Made by a program: the position numbers and the translations under genes | Shown here: piece after piece, positions 47,789-58,330 of the stretch | How positions within the stretch are numbered: position 1 is the first letter of the stretch | How the letters are laid out: every line of letters starts with the position of its first letter | Notes under the pieces: generated by a model | Databases searched by the model: none | Told to the model about the DNA's origin: nothing | Seen by the model: the letters and a program-made list of their open reading frames with translations, nothing else | Source of the DNA: Penicillus capitatus | Lineage: Eukaryota; Plantae; Chlorophyta | NCBI GenBank assembly: GCA_965649825.1 | Contig: OZ287708.1 | Location: forward strand, 453,411 to 517,410 | Direction of reading: 5' to 3' | DNA: 64,000 nt

Positions 47789-50733
47789 ATGCATCGGATT
47801 AATTTCGGGGCCATAAAAAAGTCGGTGGCGGGAGCTGTCTCTTCTGCTGCCCATGGAGCACGTGATTTAGCATCCGATGCCAAGGAAGCATTGGAACGCG
47901 CTCTCGTCGCGAAATGCCTTCGGCCTTACATTGTCAAGCATCTCATCGGGACGACTGGCCCCAAAGGACTGTGGAAGATTCACACAGCCGATTATCGAAA
48001 TCCAGGCAGCAACGACAAGCGCACCTTACAATTGATGTGACGTCTGAGCTCTAGGAGGGCTCTATCCCTGTGTCAGTGTCTGGATTCTGGATAAGAAATT
48101 GCTGCAGGAGTCATCCAACAAGTCTCTTATGACAGCTGCCTTGAGATTTTAACGGGACAATTCTTTTAGAGCGAGGAACCGTGTGTGGGAGCCCTTCCTC
48201 GATCAACAGCGTTCGGGAATGGCACATTTACTGCGAGTTTTCCATCATGACCTTCTTGTAATCTTAGTGATCTCTTTGTGGTTTTCAGCTCAAGCATCCG
48301 GGTATTCTGAAGATCATCGAGCCACTGGAAGAGACACGTGCTCATGTACGCATTCATCCCTGTAGAAACAAGGAAACCGTCTTCTTTTCAGTTCGTGATG
48401 GTGACAGAGCCCATCCTCTGTTCTCTGTCGGATTGGGTAACGCATTTCTCTTCTGTACCGATTGTCCCCGAATCTGTCAAAGATGTTCAACTGTCAGAGC
48501 TGGAGATTAAACATGGACTTCTTCAGGTACAGCGCCCAGTGCCGTCACTCTTGCCACAATGTACATGATGCATTCGCAGGTGTCATCAGCCCTTGCGTTT
48601 CTACACAACGACGTCAATCGGGCACACTGCTTCATCAGGTAAGCACTGGTAAACGATGAAAGTGTGAGATTGGTGCGTTTGTGTGATGCAGTCCGGAGAG
48701 TGTGTTGATCTGTGCAGACGGTCACTGGGCCATCTCAAACCTGAGTGCGATGACAGAGATCGATTTTACAGGATCGACCACGATAACAAGCTTTGACTAC
48801 ACTAACACACATCCCTCTATCGAAGAGGCGGCGACTAAAGTGTGATTTCCTTCTCTTCTCACTCTTTCTCATGTCTATTGCTTTAGCCTAGACTACAATA
48901 TGTTGCGCCCGAGTTGGCAACGTCCCGTGCAGATAATCCATCTGTGAACATCACACCTGCTGTCGACGTCTTTTCTTTTGCCTTGGTTATGTATGCAGCG
49001 CTTACACGCCAAGAATTGCTGGCCAGTATCGAACAGGACTTTGGCAGATACAAGACGAAACTGGCATCCATCGGACAGATCGATCTCACAGCACTGCCGA
49101 GCAAACTACAGCCCTTTGCCAGAATGATGCTCTCAGCTAACCACGAAAATCGCCCTTCGATCAACTCCGTATCGGGATGTGGGTACTTCCAAGATGACGT
49201 GCTGTTAAGAGCTCTGCAGTTTTTGGAAGGCATGGTTGGAAAGGATCCCATGCAGAAGGCAAGTTTCCTAAAAGACCTCGAAAAATTCTGGACGCAGTTC
49301 GATGTCCGAATCTTGCGTCACAAAGTCCTTCCGCCCCTCCTTCAAGAACTGCAGAATCCAAATCTGCAATCACTGGTCATTCCTTTCGTATTCAAAGCCG
49401 TCGTTAATCAGGACAAGGAAGAATTTGAGACGTACACTCTGCCTCAGCTCAAGCCAGTCATGCAGAACATTAAGGGAGAGGGATTGCTAACCGTTCTGAA
49501 CAACTGTGATTCCTTAACGAAGATCATGACACGGGCCAATGTTGCCGATGTTCTGTTGCCTATTTTTCTGAGAGCCTTTGATGAAGACTCGCCGAGAATC
49601 CAGGAAGAAGCTCTAAGGAAGGCATCGCCCATTTTTGAATGTCTCGATTACCAGCCGCTCAAATCCAAGGTTCTCCCCAGAATCCACGTGCTGAGCATGA
49701 AGACGGTTTCGGGCAAAGTCCGCATTAACAGTCTGGTGCTGATGGGACAGCTCGTTCCCAGATTAGACAAGGACGAGGCACAGAAGATGATGCACACCTG
49801 TCAGCAAATCACAAACGTCGACAAATCGCCTGGGACATTGATGTGTGTACTGGGCGTCGGCGATTCGATCTCAAAGTACTGGGGAGAGGAATTGACAGCA
49901 CAGATTGTTCTGCCAACTCTTTCTCCATTGATGGTCAGCAAGAATCTCAGCCATCAGCAATTCAGCACCTACCTCACCGTGATCCGAGACATGATTCAGA
50001 GAATCGAAGAGAAAGTCGGGAAACAGATCAAAGAATCTGAACCGATTAAGCTCGAGCAGCAACGAGAGAAATCGAATACCGCCGTCACATGGGATACGAC
50101 AAAACCGCAGGCGAGTCATCTCATAAGGAGCCAGCTTTTCTGATATCTGTGCTCGTGGGTTGAAGGAGTTTCTCAGTGATGTGACAGTAGAGCAGGAATC
50201 GTGGAAGGACTTTACGACACCGAACGTCACGGCGCACATCGGGAGTGCCGTAGTTGCCCAGCAGCCGCTGCATTCCGCCGTACAGAATGCAGCACCGATG
50301 GATATGACACCGCTGACATCGACAAGTGCTAGACATCCAACGCTGGCAGGTGATCCCTTCGATTTCGGCCTCATGAACGGATCTCTGTCGAAAAACGCAC
50401 CGCCCTCTTCGACCACACCTCTCACCGTTGCCAATCCTCCCGTTCAACAGCCAGGCGTAAGTGACCGCTGATAAGCCATCGTGTCAGCAATGGTGGCTGC
50501 AGATGTGGAATCCGATGGAGAGCGGTGGAATGCCCAACCCGCCAAGACTTTCGGCGACACAGCCTGCTGTTGCTCCTGCCATCGATTTCTTTTCGAATCC
50601 GATGGCGATGACATCGTCTCCAGCTACTCAATCGTCAACAACGCCGTCCAGAGATCCCTTTTTGGATCTGCTCTCGGCTCCCCAATCGTCCGCCAAATCG
50701 AAGGAGGACCCGTTTGCTGGTTTGTTTGGATAG
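47789..50733 (+). CDS. SCYL2: SCYL2-type pseudokinase (kinase-like domain, HEAT repeats, DPF-rich tail)
   Basis: IGTTGPKGLWKIH, YPCVSVWILDK, MVTEP, YFQDDVLLRALQFL, QKASFLKDL, LRHKVLPPL; tail ...DPFAGLFG*. Confidence 0.88.
48006..48054 (+). other. GC-AG intron (49 nt) in SCYL2
   Basis: CCA G|gcagca...ctctag|GA GGG CTC TAT restores P-GGLYPCVSVW. The GT alternative would be 18 nt. Confidence 0.85.
50111..50165 (+). other. GC-AG intron (55 nt) in SCYL2
   Basis: CCG CAG|gcgagt...ttgaag|GAG TTT joins ORFs 48914 and 50160 in phase 0. Confidence 0.75.
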
Positions 50734-50754
50734 ACGTAACTGTTACCAACTGCG

Positions 50755-52393
50755 ATGTTAGACGGTATTGTGCATGGAGGCATCTCGCTAGACGACGTAT
50801 CGCCGGACGTCGGGCGACTTCTCTGTTACTTTCGCCATCGATGGCTTGATTTTCGTGTTCCCGAGATCGAGGCGCTCGCTGGACAGGAGGTATCGCCTCA
50901 ATGGCGGCTGCCTGTCGGAGGGAATGTCCTCTCGCCTTTCTGGTATCTGACGCTCCCCGACCTCGAACTTGCACAATGCATCGCCTCTCGATCCCTGCTT
51001 CTCAAGGCCCGACGGCTGCTTCATTGTGTCTTCTGCTGTGACGTCTTGTCAATGTACTTTAGAGTTTTGTTCAGATCTGGGGAGAAGGCAGTTCTTTTGA
51101 TGCGCTGAGGCAATCCATTGCGGCGTGCCCAGAAAACATAAAATCGCCTTATTACCCGGAAAGTGTCTCCTTTCGCATTATCGTCGATGGATGGGGACGC
51201 AAGCTCTCCCAAGAAGAGAAGGTTCAGTCCATTGAAGAATTGCGCGACCTTCCGCTGAAAGGGCGGATCGATCTAAAGAACCCAGATGTGGTCTACTGGC
51301 TAATCATCGCAGATCCCAGCAACATTTCTGGCTTTCCTGGAGTGAGAAAAGAAAAAGAGTGAGACTGAGGACGATGACATTTTTACTGTTCAGTAGGTTC
51401 CTTACCGACTGTATTTCGGCCGACAGATTGCCATTTCGGATCTGTCTGTCATCCAACGCTATGCCCTACCACAGAGAGACTACCTGGGACCAACCAGTAT
51501 GGACGCTGAGATGGCACTCGTGATGTGCAACCATGCTCGAGTACGGCACGAAAGGATCGCACTCTCTCTTGAGCCTTTGATAGGTGCAGAAAGGTTCCCT
51601 CGTTATGGATCCTTTCGTTGGGACAGGCAGCATATTGGTGGCTGCTGCTCATTTTGGATGTCTGACGGTTGGGTGCGATATCGATGCCAAGATCTTAAGA
51701 CAACAGAAGAAGAACAAAAGCGGACAGTCATGCTCCATCTGGAGCAATTTCAGCAGCTATGGCCTCGCCTCTCCCATCGGCTTACTCATCTGCGACATGC
51801 ATCGTGCTCCCTTCGGGGAACATCCTCTGGAAGTCTCTTAGCCACTTTACTGGCCATCATCATCCCAATCGATGCTCCTCAGATGTTTGATGCCATCATC
51901 TGTGATCCACCGTATGGTGTGAGAGCCGGTAGCAAGAAACAGACGCGTGCGAAGGACAGCCATCCGCAGCGACGTCACATGGGGCATTACACAGTTGGGG
52001 AGATGTGCCGCGATCTGTTGGACTTTGCAGCACGAATGCTCACAACAGGCACGCACACACATGATTTCCGATGCTCAGTGATTCCGATCAGGTGGACGCT
52101 TGGTGTACTTTTGTCCGAGCTTGCCTGGAGGTATGTCTGTGTCGGATGTCCCCACGCATCCCACTCTGCAGCCTGTATCCTGCTGTGAACAATACCTCAC
52201 AATGAAGTACACACGTTGCCTGGTCACCATGGAGAAAACGCAATCCTATGATGCCGACAAGGCGGCTGCCTTTCACAAGGCACAAGGCGCCCCCCACATG
52301 ATGATCGATGACATTCACGAACGCGTCTTTGACAATCCTTCATGCCACACGAACCGATCGCAGATTCCAAGATTCCGATGCAAACAGTTATAA
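50755..52393 (+). CDS. TRM11: tRNA (guanine(10)-N2) methyltransferase TRM11
   Basis: LCYFRHRWLDFRVPEIEAL, IDLKNPD, YLGPTSMDAEMALVM, DPFVGTGSILV, DAIICDPPYGVRAG, GGRLVYF. Confidence 0.93.
51007..51062 (+). other. GC-AG intron (56 nt) in TRM11
   Basis: CTC AAG|gcccga...ctttag|AGT gives LLLK-SFVQIWGEG, the family spacing (ILVKGMYELWGEG). The GT alternative needs a 35-nt intron plus a 7-aa insertion. Confidence 0.7.
52049..52091 (+). other. GC-AG intron (43 nt) in TRM11
   Basis: ACA G|gcacgc...gatcag|GT GGA CGC restores TT-GGRLVYF. Confidence 0.85.
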
Positions 52394-52397
52394 ATTA

Positions 52398-53360
52398 TCA
52401 TTGTTCGATGATGCCTTTGATATACACTTTTCCTTTCTCCTGCAAATTCAATTCTTTGCAGAAACGATCGAGCTCTTCTTCGTCGCCTTCCACGATGATA
52501 TCGGTCACTCTCTCGTCATCCGATGTCACCACCTTGACCTTGATCTGACGACATAGCGAGAGATGGAGTCTGCTTAGATGGATAACGATACGCACTTCTT
52601 CTTCGCGGTTTGCGCGGCTCCAGTAGTACCATCCGGCCAGTGGACTGATGACCGTGAGCAGATACCAGTAGTTTCCAATCCCCGGAAACTGAACGCTCAG
52701 AACGAGGGCGATGCTTCCCAAACCTGACGAGACAACACAGCTTCCCGATCGACGTCTTTGTCTCCGGGATCTGACCAAAGAACGTGTAGAGGACGAGCTG
52801 GGATGCCTGGCCGACACTGGACTGAAAGTTCCCCACGAATTGAATGACGTCCGACATCGACTTGATCTGATAGTTGTAGTTTAGGAAGTATCGAGTGATC
52901 TGTTTTGCTCGATCGTCTAATGGCATCGCGTCTTTCTCTGCCGGTCCTGGAACGGCGAAGGTCCTCTGCCGAATCTTGGATTTTGTGGAACGCTTGATCA
53001 GTGACCATAAGCCCGGAACGGTCATGATAAATAGTCCCAAGGTAACGTAATAGCTGCTCTTGGAAACGGCGTCCGGCAGTTCGGCTGCGAAGGCGGGTGA
53101 CGCCCACCCCGGCGCGAAGAGAGGGACGAGTAAAGATAGGGGTTTTACGTCCTGCCATGCTCTTGGTCGAGAAGGGCCGTCATGGCGAGTGGCTCGGACA
53201 CAGAAGAGTCGTCCTTCGCGTCGATCTGACAGCTAAGACGTCGAATTCTCGCAGAACATAAAGGGTCCTGACACAACGTACGTGTGCATCGACGCAACGG
53301 CGTTTTAGGAAGAGCAGTGGCCTCGATGAGCGGCGTCCATCTCTGAGCAAACATCGTCAT
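52398..53360 (-). CDS. CCB1: CCB1, cytochrome b6f heme ci assembly factor, plastid-targeted, 3 introns
   Basis: SYYVTLGLFIMTVPGLWSLIKRS, GQASQL, SPLAGWYYW, KGKVYIKGI; R/S/A-rich N-terminal presequence. Confidence 0.93.
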
Positions 53361-53382
53361 CGAATGCGTATTGTTTGATACG

Positions 53383-54442
53383 ATGCGATCGCTGGATTGG
53401 AAACGACTAACCTGCGCACAAAACGCGAGACGTTTAGAGCTGCGACGCCCACAGCCACCTCCGCCGCCGAAACTGGTCCGTCCATTATCCAAACGCTTTC
53501 ACTAAAGATAAGGGATGCGCAGAAAGAGAAGAAGCAACGCAAAGGGAGCTTCGCCGTGGATAAACACGACGCTTTTCGAGATCTAGGTCTGAAAGACATG
53601 GAATTTGAGGTAATCTAGCCTTCTGCATTGCCGCAGACAATTAAAGTGCGAGATGTCATGTGTGATAGTCCATTGGCCGAGTGCGACAACACGTCAATCC
53701 ACTCTCATTGCCTTACCAGATCATAACTCCGGCGCCTTGTTGGGATGAAGTGTTCAAAGATCCCACGCTGCCTCTAATTGTCGACGTCGGAACGGGATAC
53801 GGTCGCTTTCCTTTGCTCGCTGCCAAAAACAGCTCCATCCCCTTGAACTATCTCGGGACCGAAATCCGTCGCCCTGTATAGCTTCCTTGCTCACGAAAGG
53901 CATTTCGGTCGATTGCTTTCTGGTGGTAGTTGATTGGGAGAGCGTGCACTTGGGCCGAGGAGTTGGGCCTGGCTGACACCGTGCACTTCATGTTCGCCAA
54001 CGTCACCATCTCTTTGGGGACAATACTGGAAAACTATCCAGGAGGCGTGAGGGGAATCTACATTCAGTTCCCGGATCCTTCTTTCAAAAAGAAACAGGTC
54101 AAGCGACACATCGTCCAGCAGAATTTCGTGGAAGACTGCTGTCGCGTCCTTCAGCCTGGCGGCTTGGTGTTCATGCAGTCCGATGTGCAAACGTGTGCTA
54201 TTTACATGAAAAATATGTTCGATCGATATGGATCACAGCATTTTTCCCCACATGAGCTTCATGGATTTATCGATTGCAGCTTGATGGACTCCTCCGCAAG
54301 TCACAAACTGAAATGGAGACAGCTTTCGTGGCTGTTCGAGAATCCAATCGGTTATCCAACAGAGAGAGAGGTCTACAGCGAATTCGAGGGACTCAATATT
54401 TATCGGACGCTTCTGGTCAGAAATGACAAACCGCTAGACTGA
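53383..54442 (+). CDS. trmB: tRNA (guanine-N7) methyltransferase, TrmB type, probably organellar; start inferred through a 47-nt intron
   Basis: RVRQHVNPL, VDVGTGYGRF, LGTEIR, IQFPDPSFKK, PTEREVY. The first exon is uncertain. Confidence 0.88.
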
Positions 54443-55957
54443 TCCCACAGTCTGCGATGCAGACTCGGATTTTGGCATCCACTGCTGCAGTAGCTCTACC
54501 ATCCAACTGGGGATCCATGCGAGAAGCGTGTCTTGCCAAGGAGTGGAGGGATGTGCCATCGGTTCTCTTTGGAAATGAAACGTTTGAGAACGTCTTAAAA
54601 CGTCTGTAAAGTTGAAGGATCGTGTTTGGCGTTGTAGAAAGGGACTCGGACGATTTGTGACGGTTTCATCCGGTTCGTGAAAAGCATCGCCATCAGTGTT
54701 CGCATCACTGGCTGTCTCTTCGGCAATTTCTTGACGGACGGTGCCCATGGACTGCTGTCTGTTATTGTTTGCTTCTCCATGGTCGTTTGCTCGTTGATCG
54801 TCGACAGAGATCGGCAGAAGATGCCAATCGAAGGGCAGACCCACAGCTGCAAAAGAGAATGTATCCTGCAGACAGAGGGAAACTCAATGAGCACTTTGCT
54901 AATGCTTTGATGCACGGACTCTGTAGAGATCGGCTCCTTTGGTGAGAAGATGCGGTGCCCAGATGAGACAGGATCGAAGGTAGACGAGAAAGGACATGAA
55001 CACAATGGCAACGATGGTAATGCCCAGTCCTTGCATTTCATAGAATTTGATCAGTCCTGCCAGAGCGAGATTCAGCATGAATGTCGGAATGCCTGTATGG
55101 AAGACATTGGCAGAGAAGAGGAGCAGCTTAGAGAATGACCGGCGGCAAAGCAGTAGAAGGCCCACCTCCACTCCGTTTCGCAACGCTGATCCCAATGCAG
55201 TTCGAAACTGCGAGACGGAACGGGAGGCCGTTTTCCCATTCTAGGATAACACACATATCAAGAAAGGTATGATGTGACGGATGGGAGGGAACAAACGTGT
55301 AGTCTTTGGCAAAGTCGCGACATCTAAAGATGAATGTCGCCTCATCCACTTCTGAGACGTACTTTCGACCTGTCTTCAGAATACTCGCATGCATGAAGCT
55401 GCATGTTACCATTGAATTCACCATCAGGCCCACCTAACCTGCTTTCTAAGAGAAGATATGGTAGGGAAGGTGCCTACCGTCAGGGCTGTGGTCAAACCGA
55501 ATCCATAGACAAGCAATACCGGTGTGTCATGAATGTCAAATGAGAATTCCAAAAAGGCGATCAGCGCAAAACCAGCAATGAGGGCTGAAATGTTGGAGAC
55601 CTCTTTCAACTGTTCCGCCCGTTCTTCCACGGCGCGTCGATTCTTCTCCACCGAACGGTCCCACATCAGCCGGGCGTTGTCCAGCACGCGTTGTTCGACG
55701 TCCTGAGCCCTCCAGCGTTTCTCTGTTGCCCTGTGCGTACCTCATCACGAGCGCAAGAAAGTGTGAGAGATGCTCTACATGCATTCATAGTCGCTTTCCA
55801 TCTTCTTCTCCTCTCGCTTTCGCCAGTCGAGGTCCTCGCGCCGCCACCGTCTGTCCTCCTCGCGCCACTGGCGGTCCTCTTCCCGCCATCGTTGTGACAT
55901 TGCCGTATCGCATCCTGCCAGAATCGCCTGGGCACTTTCGAACAGCGCTTCGCTCAT
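54434..55957 (-). CDS. ORAI: ORAI-family Ca2+ channel homologue, 5 introns
   Basis: EERAEQLKEVSNISALIAGFALIAFLEF aligns to Orai TM1 with the selectivity Glu retained. Also FELHWDQRCETEWRWAF, GIPTFMLNLALAGLIKF, GLPFDWHL. Confidence 0.82.
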
Positions 55958-56020
55958 GGCGACAGTAGACAAGGACTGAACTCAATGGCTGACGATCGCG
56001 CATCATGAGACCATCACCAT

Positions 56021-56287
56021 TTAAAAGATTTTCGACCGTTGGACATATTTCAGTGTGTCTGAACTGACGTTTGACTCGCGCGTCAGAGCAATGCAGCCCG
56101 TTCGGGAAACTTCCAGAGTGCCACAAGGCTCAACCATGTCGAGAAGGGCTCGAAGGTTTTTGGGTTTCCCTTGCATCTGAACTGTCACGATCGTGAAGGA
56201 AATGTCACAGAATGTACCCCTGAAGATCGCCACCAGCGTCTCCAATTCCGCTCTCTTGTCAGAAGAACATCGAACCTGCAAAGACAT
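56021..56287 (-). CDS. Stand-alone acetolactate synthase small-subunit C-terminal (ALS_ss_C-like) domain, 88 aa; may be a gene relic
   Basis: VRCSSDKRAELETLVAIFRGTFCDIS...GKPKNLRALLDMVEPCGTLEVSRTGCIALTRES. No ACT domain or transit peptide fits in the 324 nt upstream. Confidence 0.7.
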   Translation of the reverse strand: MSLQVRCSSDKRAELETLVAIFRGTFCDISFTIVTVQMQGKPKNLRALLDMVEPCGTLEVSRTGCIALTRESNVSSDTLKYVQRSKIF

Positions 56288-56611
56288 CCACTCGCCTAGG
56301 ATCTAAGGACACAGCACGGTGCAAGGATCAATATCGACGAGACGGGCCACATCCTGATCACAGATCTGGCTCTGGCAAGAGGTACTAACTAGCAGACAAC
56401 CATGCATACGGTAAGTGCACAAGGTCACGGAACGAATCTGAATGGCGTCTGGATTCGTAATCGTCAGCCAAAGGTGCTGCGTCCTGGTAGCAGAATCCGA
56501 TCGGCTGCGAGTTCACGAGTTTACAAGGTCCGTTCGTTGTCCTCTACATTGAATAGCATTTCGTGTCTTAGGTCACAGCAGTATCATGAAATGGCGAATA
56601 GAAGAAGACTG

Positions 56612-58214
56612 TCAGACAGAGAGTTCTTCTGGCTGCTGAACGACATGTGCGAGGATCTGTTGTAGCTGTTTAGCGTTCTGGACAGCATTGTACTGACGGG
56701 CTCTTTGAGACGCTCTCTTTCCCACATCGTTCAGTCCGTAATCGTTTTCGAGCAGAGATTCGATTTGATCGACGATCTTGAAGATCTCCCTCTCGTAGTC
56801 CACTTCAAACAGTTCTGAATAGTGAGATCTGAGGAATTCAGATGCACCCACACTGCTACCCTTCTGCACGATCGATGGCGCCTCCTACAGGCAGAGGTCT
56901 AGCATCTGAACAGATCACTATACTCTTCTTCCTTCCCACCTGTGAAGCGGCTTCGACGATGGTCATACCATAGGCGTCGTAGGTACAGGGATGTACATTG
57001 AGTCTTGTCTGAGAATAGAGTTCTGCCATTTCTGCAGGTCCCATAAACTTCTCAATAATCACGCTATCAGGTGCAGCATTGAGAAGACGTTCTTTGAGTT
57101 CCTGGACAACATGAAAGAGTTATTGCTTGAGGCAAAAAGACAGAGATGCCTGAGCATAGTCTGTTACAAGTGAGCCACACATCAAAGGCCTCAGCGCGAA
57201 CTTGTCGAACAGACCCCTCTTTTCCATTTCAATCACAATATCGACAAATCTGAGCGTTTCACCCTCTTCTGAAAAGATCTCACATTCATAAAGGACCCAC
57301 CGATGTGGCTCTTTCTCGGGCGCTAATCTCACGCAGCATGTAAAGTAAGGTCTTGAGCGGCGCAGTTGTGCAATATAGTTGTCGTCAACTTGCTTCTTCG
57401 CTTCTCCTTCTGTTGGGAGTAAACAAGCGAAAGGATCTGTCAGGATGGGATGCTTATTGAGAGGCGGAATGTCCACAACGTCCTGGCGAATGTGAGGAAA
57501 GAGAATCAACGGTTTGTTGTCTTGATGTCCGTTTCTCGCAAAGTGATCGCGCACAAATTTTTGGTCACTCTTGCACAGCACGATGGACACTGCCGCTTTC
57601 GCAAAGCATTCTGATTCCATCCTATTTCGCATCATCTCTTATCCTTTTCGTTCTGTTCTCGAATCCTCACTGTTTCAAAAAACGATAGGCGTTTATATCT
57701 GTAGCTGTTCGAGTGAAAATCCGATAGGATAACCAGACAAAGGGAGGCGCCGATGTAACCCCATCAAACCCTGATCGAATCCGTTGATAGACTGGAAACG
57801 ATGACCAGTCGACTCCCAGAACGACATCTGGCGCAAAAGCCAAGACAGCGCGCAGCACATTAGCGTCTATCTGAGAGTGAAATTCCATCCATGGACTGTG
57901 GACATCCAGTCTTCCCCACGTTGAAACGGGAATCTGCATCGAGAACATGAGACTCTGCAAGACATTGAGATGCAGCTGACTTCAAGAAGAGCATGCGCTC
58001 CTTGAGGGTCTCCTGGGGCTGTATAGTGTTGAGGTTTAGCACTGATGACGAAAATTTGGTGTCCGAGATTGGTCAGGCTTCGCACCTGAAAAAGCAGTGA
58101 GTTGGTTATGCAGCAGAGTGGCCGTTAGCATCGCATTACTTGGTCTTGTGCCAAAACACCGTTGCCACTAAACGTACTCGCACTGAATTCGAGTGTAATG
58201 AAGAGCACGCGCAT
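56612..58214 (-). CDS. GT-B fold glycosyltransferase (GT4-like), about 6 introns
   Basis: MRVLFITLEF...FSGNG...VRSLTNLGHQIFVI, VVLGVDW, CCVRLAPEKEP, LNVHPCTYDAYGMTIVEAA. Confidence 0.82.
57102..57149 (-). other. Probable GC-AG intron (48 nt) in the GT4 gene
   Basis: GCT CAG|gcatct...gtccag|GAA gives DYAQ-ELKERL. A 66-nt GT-AG alternative in the same frame also exists. Confidence 0.55.
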
Positions 58215-58330
58215 GGATTGTATCATGATGGCGAGAACAGAGCAACAATCACAGCCGCAGTTACAGGAGTGTTGCCGCGATTACTCGGCGTTTGATGACG
58301 TGACGGATGACAAACGGCTTAGCTCCCTTC

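Noticed and set aside
49871-50434. 187-aa minus-strand ORF, and similar long shadow ORFs such as 24037-24660 and 4642-5091
   Set aside because: They are antisense to well-supported CDS and show no family motifs.
50755-54442. Two tRNA guanine methyltransferases flanking CCB1
   Set aside because: They belong to different families and probably different compartments; adjacency alone does not show a functional cluster.
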